Shown here: in pieces, positions 9,580 to 20,374 of the stretch
Layout: each line of letters begins with the position of its first letter
Numbering within the stretch: the first letter of the stretch is position 1
Source of the DNA: Dehalococcoidia bacterium
GTDB lineage: Bacteria; Chloroflexota; Dehalococcoidia; UBA2979
Assembly (NCBI GenBank): GCA_020634075.1
Contig: JACKCJ010000009.1
Span: 31,997 to 95,996 of the forward strand
DNA length: 64,000 bases
Reading direction: 5' to 3'
The notes under the pieces: generated by a model
Told to the model about the DNA's origin: nothing
Seen by the model: only the letters and a program-made list of their open reading frames with translations
The model's database searches: none
Position numbers and translations under genes: made by a program

Positions 9580-10056
9580 ATGGGCCGAGGACCGTGGAGG
9601 GGGATCGCCCTCTTCCTGCTGTTTGGCATCGTGATCGCCGCCGTCGCCGGCGTCGCCTACAACGTGGGCGTGGACCACGGGACGACGGTCGAGGTAGTCG
9701 GAGACGGCGAGGTCGTCCGGCAGTGGGGACCGTGGCGACACGGTGGGTTCTTCTTCCCAATCGTGCCGATCCTGTTCTTCCTGCTGTTCGGCTTCCTCTT
9801 CCTCAACGTGCTGAGGTTCGTCTTCGCGCCGCGGCACTGGGGCCTTGGCCCCGGTGGCTGGGGCGGGCCGCCCTGGGCCTACGGCGGTCGTGCATGGTCG
9901 CCGGACGAGGTGCGCGAGATGCGTGCGACGAGGTTCGACGAGTGGCACCGACGGGCGCACGAGCGGGCAGACGCCTCGACGCCGGCGGGCGATCAGCCGC
10001 CTGCCCCGGGTGACGGAGCTACAGGGGCGACGGAGCCACAGGGTGACGGAGCCTAA
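9580..10056 (+). CDS. small membrane protein with Trp/Gly/Pro-rich segments, first gene of the two-component operon
   Basis: ATG 9580 with GAAGGAGG at 9566-9573. Two hydrophobic helices. GPGGWGGPPWAYGG and DEWHRRAHE segments. The track ORF (8848) is an upstream out-of-context extension. Confidence 0.7.
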   Translation: MGRGPWRGIALFLLFGIVIAAVAGVAYNVGVDHGTTVEVVGDGEVVRQWGPWRHGGFFFPIVPILFFLLFGFLFLNVLRFVFAPRHWGLGPGGWGGPPWAYGGRAWSPDEVREMRATRFDEWHRRAHERADASTPAGDQPPAPGDGATGATEPQGDGA

Positions 10057-10066
10057 GATCCCGGCG

Positions 10067-10756
10067 ATGAAGACCATCCTCGTGGTCGACGACGAACCCC
10101 GCATCGTCGACATCGCCCGGGACTACCTCGCCCGCGCCGGCTTCCAGGTGACCGCTGCGGCCGACGGCCCGGCGGCGCTGGAAGCGGCGCGGCGCGACCG
10201 CCCGGACCTCGTCGTGCTGGACCTCGGGCTTCCGGGGATGGACGGGCTCGACGTGGCACGGAGGCTTCGCGAGGACGGCGACGTGCCGATCGTGATCCTC
10301 ACGGCGCGCGACGAGGAGGTGGACCGCATCCTCGGCCTCGAACTCGGGGCCGACGACTACGTGACCAAGCCGTTCAGCCCCCGCGAGCTCGTCGCCCGCG
10401 TGCGTGCCGTCCTGCGGCGCGGCGAGCGCGCGCAGGTCGAGCCGGGCGAGGTGCTGCGCGCCGTCGGCGTCGTGGTGGATGTTCCGAGGATGCGCGTGAC
10501 GGTGGGCGATCAGCACGTGGAGCTCACGCCGACGGAGTTCCAGCTCCTCCAGACGCTCGTCGCGCAGCCCGGCCGGGTCTTCACCCGCGCGCAGCTCCTC
10601 GACGCGCTGCATGGCATCGCATTCGAGTCGTACGAACGTGCGATCGACACGCACGTGAAGAACATCCGCCGCAAGCTCGAGCCCGAACCGCACCGGCCGA
10701 GGTACCTCCTCACCGTGCACGGCATCGGCTACCGCTTCGCCGACGGGAACGACTGA
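10067..10756 (+). CDS. OmpR-family response regulator
   Basis: MKTILVVDDEPRI.., receiver Asp in LVVLDLGLPGMDG, winged-helix output (LTPTEFQLLQ..GIGYRF). ATG 10067. Confidence 0.92.
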   Translation: MKTILVVDDEPRIVDIARDYLARAGFQVTAAADGPAALEAARRDRPDLVVLDLGLPGMDGLDVARRLREDGDVPIVILTARDEEVDRILGLELGADDYVTKPFSPRELVARVRAVLRRGERAQVEPGEVLRAVGVVVDVPRMRVTVGDQHVELTPTEFQLLQTLVAQPGRVFTRAQLLDALHGIAFESYERAIDTHVKNIRRKLEPEPHRPRYLLTVHGIGYRFADGND

Positions 10757-11880
10757 TGCCGCCGCCGTGGGGCCCGGGAGGTCGGCCGCTGCACCGGGAC
10801 GTCAACACCGAGGAGATGTGGGCCGCCGAACCGCCGGGATGGTGGCCGGAGGGCCACGGCTGGCCGCCCCGGCACGACGGGCGGACGTTCTTCCGGCGTC
10901 TCACGCGGGTGTTCCTCACGGTCGCGCTGCTGGCGCTCGCCGGGCTGGCGTTCATGGCGTTCACCTGGCACATCGGCACCACCGGCGTCCTCCTCCGCAT
11001 GGCCGTCGTCGCGGGCCTCGGCTTCCTGCTCGTCGGCGGGCTGATCATGACCGCGGGAGCGAGGAAGTTCGGCGGCCCCCTCGCGGAGCTGGTCGATGCT
11101 GCGGCCCGCGTCGAACGCGGCGACTACACGGCGCGCGTCGCGGAGCGTGGCTGGGGGCCACCCGCTGTGCGCCAGCTGATCACCACGTTCAACTCCGCGA
11201 TCGCGCGCCTCGAGGCAGACGAGGACCAGCGGCGCCGCCTGCTCGCCAACACCAGCCACGAGTTGCGGACGCCGCTGACCGTCCTCCGCGGCGAGATCGA
11301 GGCGATGCTCGACGGCGTCCACCCGGCGGACGAGGAGCACCTGGCGCTGGCGCTCGACCAGACACAGCTGATGGCGCGGCTGATCGAGGACCTCCGCACG
11401 CTTGCCCTCGCGGAGGCCGGGACGCTCGAACTGCATCCGGAGCCAACCGATCTCGCCGCGCTCGTGCGGGATGTCGCAGCGGCCTTCGGGGCGGTGGCAG
11501 GCCGCGAAGGCGTAGGCATCGAGGTCACCGCACGTGACGACGCGGTCGCCGAGGTCGATCCGGTGCGCATCCGCCAGGTGATCGACAACCTCGTCGCGAA
11601 CGCAGTCCGCTACGCCCCCTCCGGCTCCGCCGTCACCCTCGAGGTCCGAGAGGCGCCCGACGGCATCGGAGTGGCGGTGGTCGATCGCGGCCCCGGCATC
11701 CCTCCGGATCTGCTCCCTCACCTCTTCGACCGCTTCCGGAAGTCCGACGAATCGCGCGGGTCCGGGCTCGGCCTCGCGATCGCGAAGGAGCTGGTCGAGG
11801 CGCACGGAGGCGCGATCCATGTCGAGAGCACGGTGGGCCTCGGCGCGCGGTTCGAGGTCACGCTTCCCCGCGACCGCTGA
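10756..11880 (+). CDS. sensor histidine kinase (two closely spaced TM helices, HAMP, HisKA, HATPase_c)
   Basis: ATG 10756 overlaps the regulator stop by 1 nt (TGATG). H-box TSHELRTPLT; N/G boxes (DNLVANAVRYAP, DRGPGIP, GSGLGLAIAKE). Confidence 0.92.
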   Translation: MPPPWGPGGRPLHRDVNTEEMWAAEPPGWWPEGHGWPPRHDGRTFFRRLTRVFLTVALLALAGLAFMAFTWHIGTTGVLLRMAVVAGLGFLLVGGLIMTAGARKFGGPLAELVDAAARVERGDYTARVAERGWGPPAVRQLITTFNSAIARLEADEDQRRRLLANTSHELRTPLTVLRGEIEAMLDGVHPADEEHLALALDQTQLMARLIEDLRTLALAEAGTLELHPEPTDLAALVRDVAAAFGAVAGREGVGIEVTARDDAVAEVDPVRIRQVIDNLVANAVRYAPSGSAVTLEVREAPDGIGVAVVDRGPGIPPDLLPHLFDRFRKSDESRGSGLGLAIAKELVEAHGGAIHVESTVGLGARFEVTLPRDR

Positions 11881-11996
11881 CGCCTCCACCGACAGCGGCC
11901 CGGGACACCTCGAGCAGCGGCGCCCCCGGACGCGCGGGCTCGCGCTACCATCCCCCGACCTGCCCGACGCACGAGTGCACCCGAGGAGGGCGCCCC

Positions 11997-13112
11997 ATGG
12001 CCAAGAAGTCGGACGCGCGCAAGGCCGTCACCAAGGCCTCGAAGAAAGCGGCTGAGAAGGCGAGCAAGACTGCCTCGAAGGCGGCTGCGACCGTGGTGAA
12101 GGGCGCGAAGTCTCGCGGCAAGGGCAAGGGGAAGGCGGCCAAGACGGACGACAGCCAGCCGAAGGTCGAGACCTTCGCGCGCCCCATCAACGACAACCTG
12201 CTGCAGCACGTCGTCACCGTCCGCCAGTTCTCGAAGACGTTCCCCACCTCGAACGTCTGGCTCCTGCACGACGGCAACGACGCGGCGCTCATCGACTCCG
12301 GCTTCGGCGACGACCTCTCGATCGACGCGCGCCGGAAGTTCTTCGAGGGCGACGGCTCGAACTTCAAGGTCGGCACGATCGCCTTCACCCACCACCACTT
12401 CGACCACACCTCGGGCGGGCGCAAGCTGCGCGAGCTCCTGCGGGCGAACACGGCGATCAACCCGATCGACGAGGCACTCCTCCACACGCCGGTCGACCCG
12501 AAGCAGACGGGGAACGACGACCTTCCGGACGACAAGGAACTGCAGGAGCGCGCCGCCGTCTGGCGCGAGGAAGCCCTGAACACGCCGATCGACGTCCCGC
12601 TCGCGGACGGCGAGACGTTCAAGGTCGGCGGCCTCACGGTGCGGGCCGTGCACACGCCCGGGCACACGGCCGGGCACAACTGCTACTTCGTGGAGGAGAC
12701 GCTCACGCTCTTCACCGGTGACAACGTCCTCGGCGTCGGCACGAGCGCCATCGGCGCGCCGCCGCACGGGGACATGCAGGCGTACCTCGACTCACTCGTG
12801 CGGATGCGGGAGCTCCAGTCGAAGCTGTTCGCGCCGGGCCACGGCCCAGTGGTGACGGCGACGGACGCGAAGATCAAGGAACTGATCGACCACCGGGCGA
12901 CGCGCGACCGCCAGATCATCGACCTGATCGACCACGGCTACACGACGGACCGCCAGATCCGACGCGCGCTCTACCCGGAGATCCAGAAGGGTCTCCGCCG
13001 CGCCGCGGCGGGCCAGGTCCGCGCCCACCTCGCCCGCATGGTGGGCCAGGGCATCGTCCGCGTGGACGAAGCCGACGAGGGCAAGACCTGGAGCGTGGTG
13101 CTGACGAAGTAG
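11997..13112 (+). CDS. MBL-fold metallo-hydrolase with Lys/Ala-rich N-terminal tail
   Basis: ATG 11997 with GAGGAGGG SD. N-terminal ~52 aa AKKSDARKAVTKASKKAAEKASKTASKAAATVVKGAKSRGKGKGKAAK. Motifs THHHFDHTSGG, TPGHTAGH, FTGDNV, PGHG. C-terminal segment AHLARMVGQGIVRV parallels that of the 2522-3688 paralog. Confidence 0.85.
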   Translation: MAKKSDARKAVTKASKKAAEKASKTASKAAATVVKGAKSRGKGKGKAAKTDDSQPKVETFARPINDNLLQHVVTVRQFSKTFPTSNVWLLHDGNDAALIDSGFGDDLSIDARRKFFEGDGSNFKVGTIAFTHHHFDHTSGGRKLRELLRANTAINPIDEALLHTPVDPKQTGNDDLPDDKELQERAAVWREEALNTPIDVPLADGETFKVGGLTVRAVHTPGHTAGHNCYFVEETLTLFTGDNVLGVGTSAIGAPPHGDMQAYLDSLVRMRELQSKLFAPGHGPVVTATDAKIKELIDHRATRDRQIIDLIDHGYTTDRQIRRALYPEIQKGLRRAAAGQVRAHLARMVGQGIVRVDEADEGKTWSVVLTK

Positions 13113-13134
13113 CGCGATCCTCGGACGGAACGAC

Positions 13135-13160
13135 ACGAGGCGCCCTCGCGGGCGCCTCGT
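13135..13160. terminator. bidirectional stem-loop between convergent genes
   Basis: ACGAGGCGCCC / TCGC / GGGCGCCTCGT, an 11-bp perfect stem followed by TCGATCTC. It lies between 11997-13112(+) and 13191-14003(-). Confidence 0.6.
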
Positions 13161-13190
13161 TCGATCTCGGAAGCGGAGTTCCGGTCGGGG

Positions 13191-14003
13191 CTAGTGGAAC
13201 GGGCCCTTGAGCTCGATACCGGCCTTGTTCAGCAGGTCCTTGTCGTACGCGGACTGGCCCGTGTACTTGTCCGCCGGCTGCTCACAGATCCAGACCGCGG
13301 CCTGGCCCATGTCGTCGGCCGTCTCGAAGTTGGTGTCCGGGTTGTCCCGGTCGTTCGAGGCGAACATGTTGCCGGCGGTCGCGACGCGGCCCTCGGGCGA
13401 GAGCACGTTCACGGAGATGCCCTCGTCCTGGTACATCGCCGCCATGCGCTGGGAGAAGTGCTCCAGCATGGACTTCTCGCCGCCGTAGAAGATGTCGCCG
13501 CCGCGCTTCTTCTGCTCATCCGTGTAAGGGCCGGGGCCCAGCGGGATCGCGCCGCGCGACGAGATGTTCAGGATGTGCCCGCCGCCGGCCTTCCGCATGT
13601 GCGGGACCACCTCGCGCATGGTGAGGATGTACGAGCGCACGTTGACCTCCAGCGAGAGGTCGATGTGGTTCTCCTTCACCGTCTCGAGGTTGCCCGGGAC
13701 GAAGATGGCCGCGTTGTTCACAAGGATGTCGAGCCGACCAAAGTGGTCGACGACCTTGGCGACGGCGTCCTTGATGCTCTGCGGGTCGCGCATGTTGAGC
13801 ACGATCGCGACGGCGTCCCCGCCCTCGTCCTTGATCTCCTGCGTGACCGAGTGAATCGTCCCCGGCAGGCGCGGGTCCTTCACTTCCTCGGTGCGCGCGC
13901 AGACGGCGACCTTCGCGCCGGACCGCGCGAGGTACTTCGCGATGTCGGCGCCGATGCCGCGGCTCGCGCCGGCGACGAGCGCCACCTTCCCGTCGAGTGA
14001 CAT
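13191..14003 (-). CDS. SDR-family oxidoreductase
   Basis: 270 aa from ATG 14003. VALVAGASRGIGADIA (TGxxxGxG-type), NNAA, and Y-x3-K region (YGGEKSMLE). The track ORF (to 14462) is over-extended. Confidence 0.9.
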   Translation of the reverse strand: MSLDGKVALVAGASRGIGADIAKYLARSGAKVAVCARTEEVKDPRLPGTIHSVTQEIKDEGGDAVAIVLNMRDPQSIKDAVAKVVDHFGRLDILVNNAAIFVPGNLETVKENHIDLSLEVNVRSYILTMREVVPHMRKAGGGHILNISSRGAIPLGPGPYTDEQKKRGGDIFYGGEKSMLEHFSQRMAAMYQDEGISVNVLSPEGRVATAGNMFASNDRDNPDTNFETADDMGQAAVWICEQPADKYTGQSAYDKDLLNKAGIELKGPFH

Positions 14004-14142
14004 GTCTCTCCCCCTCGCACTCACCCGCGCGCGTCGGCGCCGCGGGACGTTTCTGCTCCCTACCCCATCCGTCGGGGTCGGGCGGCATGGTAGCCCTCCG
14101 GGGAAGCATCGCGAGACGGGATCGTGTACATGTATTAGTCGT

Positions 14143-14859
14143 ATGCGAGCCCGAGCACTCTCCGTCGCTGCCTGCCTGCTCCTGCTCCCCGGGCTCGTCG
14201 TGGCGTGCTCACATGAAGCTGCGACGTCCGCCACGCCGACGCCCACGCCATCGAAGCCCGTGCCCGTCACGACGGAGCCGCGATCCACGCCCTCCCCGCT
14301 CCCGACCGTGACACTCCTGGAGGCGTACCCCGAGCTGTGGAACGCCCTCGTGCGCCCCGTGATCGAGGGCGATCCGGAAACGGTCGTGCGCCTCGCGGCG
14401 ACGGTGCCGGCGCTCTGCTCGTTCCACGGGTCGCTCCATGAGGTCTGCGAGCGGCGAGGCATGGGCCCCTACGACCACTTCGAGGGCATCGTCTTCAGCG
14501 ACGTCATGTTCTGCGAGGGATGCGCACAGGCTCCCGAGGAGGCGATTGCGACGCTGGAGCCGATCTACGCACTCGGACGGATCGAGCTGCAGGGCGTCTG
14601 GCGGGTCACACCGAACATCGGTGCGAAGCTCGCGGGGTACCGCGAGGGTCTGACGGCAACACTCGCCATCGCCCTGGTGGTGCCCGGGGCCGGAGATGCA
14701 GATCGCCCGACCGGCTTCCTCCTCTACGTCGACCCGACGGTCCTCGGAGACCCCGAAGCCACGCCGATCTCCGCGATCGAGCTGCTCACGCCTACCTGGA
14801 CCGGCTTCCGCGCCGCCGAATACCTCGGTGCATGGGAGCAGCTCTACCCGTCGCCCTGA
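14143..14859 (+). CDS. putative lipoprotein, unknown function
   Basis: MRARALSVAACLLLLPGLVVAC: signal peptide plus lipobox-like VVAC, then a Pro/Thr linker. ATG 14143 sits 5 nt after an AT-rich TATTAG. Confidence 0.65.
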   Translation: MRARALSVAACLLLLPGLVVACSHEAATSATPTPTPSKPVPVTTEPRSTPSPLPTVTLLEAYPELWNALVRPVIEGDPETVVRLAATVPALCSFHGSLHEVCERRGMGPYDHFEGIVFSDVMFCEGCAQAPEEAIATLEPIYALGRIELQGVWRVTPNIGAKLAGYREGLTATLAIALVVPGAGDADRPTGFLLYVDPTVLGDPEATPISAIELLTPTWTGFRAAEYLGAWEQLYPSP

Positions 14860-14942
14860 GGGGCTCCAGAGCCCTCCGCACCCCCGATTCACTCCTGAGC
14901 GTTGACCCGCCGGGAGGTGCCTGCGTACAATCGACACAGCGG

Positions 14943-14969
14943 TTAGCAGTCTCAGGCTGAGAGTGCTAA
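14943..14969 (+). promoter_or_regulatory. CIRCE operator (HrcA binding site)
   Basis: TTAGCAGTC-N9-GAGTGCTAA versus consensus TTAGCACTC-N9-GAGTGCTAA (1 mismatch). It ends 15 nt upstream of the hrcA GTG. Confidence 0.85.
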
Positions 14970-14984
14970 TGGAGGTTTCGAGAG

Positions 14985-16019
14985 GTGCTCACCGAACGTC
15001 AGGCGGCGATCCTGAGCATGGTGGTCGACGAGTACGTCCAGACCGCGGAGCCCGTGAGTTCCAAGGCGCTGGTCGACCGACGCCGGCTCGAGGTGTCGAC
15101 CGCGACCATCCGGAACGAACTCGCCCGCCTCGAGGCGGAGGGGTTCGTCACCCACCCGTACACCTCGGCCGGCCGGGTGCCGTCCGACCGCGGGTATCGC
15201 TTCTACGTCGAAGCCCTGATGGCCGAGGAGCCCGTGGGCATCGAGGAGCGCCGGACGGTGGAGCACCAGCTCCACCAGGTCGCGGGTGACCTCGACGACT
15301 GGCTGAGCCTGACGGCGACCATCCTCTCCACCCTCGTCGGCAACGTGGCCGTGGTGACACGTCCCCGCACGACGAGCGCCCACCTGCGGAACGCCCAGCT
15401 CGTGGAGCTGAGCCGCGAGGCCGCCCTCCTCGTCGCCGTGATGGACGACGGGCGCGTGCGCCAGCGGATCATGCCGATGGCGGAGCCGTCCTCGCAGGAG
15501 CAACTGAACGACCGCGCCCGGCGCCTGAACCAGATGCTGGGCGGGAAGGATGCGCAGGGCATCCGCGGGACGATGGCGGACCTCATCGACGCCGATGACA
15601 TCGCCACCGCCGACGTGCTGGCGGACATCCTGCGCGAGCAGCGCATTGCTGAAGAGACATTCGTGGAGGGCCTGAGCAACGCCCTCCGGCAGCCGGAGTT
15701 CTCCGACGTCGACCGGCTCCTCGAGGCCGTGGGGCAGTTGCAGGCGTACCGCCTGCGCGCGCTGCTCGAACCGGCGGTCGAGGGACACGCGGGAGCCACC
15801 CAGTTGGGCTCGATGCGCGTGGTGATTGGCGCGGAGAACGGTGACACCGGCATGCAGGACTGGAGCATGGTCGTCGCCCGCTACGGCGAGACCGACGCGA
15901 GCGGCGCGGTGGCCGTGATCGGCCCGACGCGCATGGCGTACCAGCGGACGATCCCGCGCGTGCGGTACCTCGCGTCGCTGATGAGCCAGCTCCTCCACGA
16001 CGTGCGCCAGGAACGCTGA
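14985..16019 (+). CDS. hrcA: heat-inducible transcription repressor HrcA
   Basis: GTG 14985, GGAGG at 14971-14975. LTERQAAILSMVVDEYVQTAEPVSSKAL, typical HrcA N-terminal wHTH. Sits in the hrcA-grpE-dnaK context. Confidence 0.92.
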   Translation: MLTERQAAILSMVVDEYVQTAEPVSSKALVDRRRLEVSTATIRNELARLEAEGFVTHPYTSAGRVPSDRGYRFYVEALMAEEPVGIEERRTVEHQLHQVAGDLDDWLSLTATILSTLVGNVAVVTRPRTTSAHLRNAQLVELSREAALLVAVMDDGRVRQRIMPMAEPSSQEQLNDRARRLNQMLGGKDAQGIRGTMADLIDADDIATADVLADILREQRIAEETFVEGLSNALRQPEFSDVDRLLEAVGQLQAYRLRALLEPAVEGHAGATQLGSMRVVIGAENGDTGMQDWSMVVARYGETDASGAVAVIGPTRMAYQRTIPRVRYLASLMSQLLHDVRQER

Positions 16020-16101
16020 CGCACACGAACCGAGGACGCGGCGCCCTGCCTGCCGGCCACGATGCCGGCGCGGATCGCCGCCCCGATCGAAAGCTGGACG
16101 A

Positions 16102-16644
16102 ATGACCGACGCGACGAACCCGACCGACGAAGTGGCGCCCGAAACCGGCGACACGACGGACAACACCGAGAGCGTCGAGTCGCTGCGCGCCCAGCTCGAG
16201 GAGGCACAGGCCGCCCACGCGCGAGCCCGCGCGGACTACGCCAACCTCGAACGCCGCTCCCAGGAGCAGCGGCTCGAGGTCGGGCGCGCGGCCCTCACGG
16301 ACGCGGTGCGGGGCTTCCTCCCGGTGCTGGATGACCTCCTGCGCGCCATTGAGGCGGCCGAGACGAACGTGACCGAGGGCGAGGCGGCCTGGCTCGAAGG
16401 CGTCCGGCTCGTCGCGCAGAAGTTCAAGAACGTCCTGGACCAGCACGGGGTCGAGGAGATCCACGCGCTGGGCCAGCCGTTCGACCCGACGAAGCACGAG
16501 GCGGTCGGCGCGGCGCCGGGCCCCGAGGGGATGGTGGTCCACCTCCTCCAGCGGGGCTACACGCTGCGCGACCGCGTGATCCGGCCGGCCATGGTGATGG
16601 TCGGCAATGGCGAGGGGACGGCGCCACAGTCCGGGCAGGGCTAA
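16102..16644 (+). CDS. grpE: nucleotide exchange factor GrpE
   Basis: 180 aa. RARADYANLERR...FLPVLDDL...FDPTKHEAV pattern, between hrcA and dnaK. Confidence 0.92.
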   Translation: MTDATNPTDEVAPETGDTTDNTESVESLRAQLEEAQAAHARARADYANLERRSQEQRLEVGRAALTDAVRGFLPVLDDLLRAIEAAETNVTEGEAAWLEGVRLVAQKFKNVLDQHGVEEIHALGQPFDPTKHEAVGAAPGPEGMVVHLLQRGYTLRDRVIRPAMVMVGNGEGTAPQSGQG

Positions 16645-16757
16645 GTCCTGGCAGGGCTGATTCCGTCCGCGAGCTGCCCTCGGGCAACTCACACGAATAA
16701 CGAACCCAACAGCCGCGACACGGCAGCGTTGCCGGGGCGGCGAGGAAGAGAGCAATC

Positions 16758-18680
<1,923 letters not shown>

Positions 18681-18704
18681 CCTCCGAACGCGCTGAGCAT
18701 TCAA

Positions 18705-18740
18705 CCGACGCCCCGGCAGCAACCGGGGCGTCGGCATTTC
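18705..18740 (+). terminator. intrinsic terminator after dnaK
   Basis: CCGACGCCCCGG / CAGCAA / CCGGGGCGTCGG, a 12-bp perfect stem followed by CATTTC. Confidence 0.7.
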
Positions 18741-18752
18741 GGGGAGGGTCCC

Positions 18753-19526
18753 GTGGGCGTCATCGAGGACTTCGAGCAACGTCACGTGCCGTTCGAGCAG
18801 TGCTGGAACTTCCGCGACGTCGGCGGATACCCGACGACTGACGGACGGGCCGTGGCGTGGGGCCGCTACTTCCGATCGGGCGCGCTCGAGGACATGCACG
18901 ACGCCGACCGCTCCCGCTTGCGCGGGATGGGCGTCCGCACGATCGTCGACCTCCGCCGGCCGGAGGAGGCCCGTGACCGCGGCGTGCACCCCGCGGCCGA
19001 GATCGGGGCGCGCTACCTCCACCTCCCGCCGCTCCCGGACGGGGCGAGCGCTGAGCTCGATGCACGCTTCGGGCGCGCGATCTCGGGGGAGCGCTACCTG
19101 GGCTACCTCGACTACGCCGCCGAGAACATGCGCCGGCTGTTCGAGGTGCTCGCGGATCCGGCGTCGTACCCGCTCGTCATCCACTGCACCGCGGGCAAGG
19201 ACCGGACGGGCGTCACCACGGCGATGGCGCTCGACCTCGCCGGCGTCGACCGGTCGATCATCGAGGCGGACTTCGAGCTCACCAACCGTGACACGGCGCG
19301 CTGGGTCGCGTGGTTCGAGGCGAACGGGCGCATCGAGACGCAGTCGAACCCGGACGAGGCGCGCCGTCGCTTCGGCGTCCCACCCGAGGCGATCGGCGTG
19401 TTCCTCGACGGCCTGGACGAGCGCTACGGCGGCGTCCGCGGCTACCTCGCCTCCGTCGGCCTGACCGACGCCCACGTTGCCGCGATCCGCGACAACCTCC
19501 TGGCGACCGACCCGCCCCTGCGCTGA
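18753..19526 (+). CDS. protein-tyrosine phosphatase (Y_phosphatase3-like)
   Basis: GTG 18753 with GGGGAGGG SD. CX5R P-loop HCTAGKDRTG. Confidence 0.85.
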   Translation: MGVIEDFEQRHVPFEQCWNFRDVGGYPTTDGRAVAWGRYFRSGALEDMHDADRSRLRGMGVRTIVDLRRPEEARDRGVHPAAEIGARYLHLPPLPDGASAELDARFGRAISGERYLGYLDYAAENMRRLFEVLADPASYPLVIHCTAGKDRTGVTTAMALDLAGVDRSIIEADFELTNRDTARWVAWFEANGRIETQSNPDEARRRFGVPPEAIGVFLDGLDERYGGVRGYLASVGLTDAHVAAIRDNLLATDPPLR

Positions 19527-19610
19527 ACGCGTACCGCGGCAACGACAGAAACGGCCCCCTCTGAACGAGGGGGCCGTCGTGCGCCAGGGTGGCGGGCTGT
19601 CGGGTGTGGC

Positions 19611-20324
19611 CTACCGCCGGGCGGTGCCGGGTGCGCCGGCTGCGTCCTCGCCCATGTACGCCTCGCGCAGCAGGGCGCGGGCGACGAGCACGCAGCCGAC
19701 GGCGATGAGCACGCCGTGCGCGACGCGCACCGGCTGCGGCGTGCCGAACTGCGGAATGAACAGCGCGAACGCCACCGCGAGCGGGATGCCGCTCCAGCGC
19801 GCGAGCCGGCCGGAGCGCCAGATGGCGGCGGCGGTGAGCGCCACGCCCACACCGAGGACGGCGAGCCCGACCAGGATGAACCAGATGCCCGCTTCCCAGC
19901 GGATCGAGTCGGTGATGGACATCAGCGAGACATCGCCGCGCTCGACGACTGCCTGGCCAACGGCGTGGAGGCCGAAGACCTCGGCGCCGTAGTACGGCAG
20001 CGTCAGGCCGATGCCCACCGCGCCGAGGATCGCGCCCCACCGTGCGGCCGCCTCGCCACGCGTTCCGCGCAGTCGCACCGCCACGCCGAACAGCGAGAGC
20101 GACAGGACGAGGAAGCCGATCATCGCGGCGGTGTGAGCCCAGACCCACTGCGTCGAGGCGAACGCCCGGGCGCCCTCGAGCGAGACCTCGTCGGAGAAGG
20201 GGCGCAGCGCCGGGTAGATGACGAAGAGCGCGCCGGCGACGAGCAGGCCGGCAGCGGTGGGGATGACGCCTCGGGTTCGCGGGATCGCGAACGGGCTCGT
20301 GGCGGTGTGAGGCATGGCAACCAT
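19611..20324 (-). CDS. integral membrane protein (about 6 TM), unknown function
   Basis: 237 aa, multiple hydrophobic helices, high GC3. Lies 50 nt downstream of the TetR gene on the same strand. Confidence 0.7.
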   Translation of the reverse strand: MVAMPHTATSPFAIPRTRGVIPTAAGLLVAGALFVIYPALRPFSDEVSLEGARAFASTQWVWAHTAAMIGFLVLSLSLFGVAVRLRGTRGEAAARWGAILGAVGIGLTLPYYGAEVFGLHAVGQAVVERGDVSLMSITDSIRWEAGIWFILVGLAVLGVGVALTAAAIWRSGRLARWSGIPLAVAFALFIPQFGTPQPVRVAHGVLIAVGCVLVARALLREAYMGEDAAGAPGTARR

Positions 20325-20374
20325 GGGGAATGGTCCTTCCGTGGTGGTGGTGAGCGGTCAGCGTTCTGGGAGGT

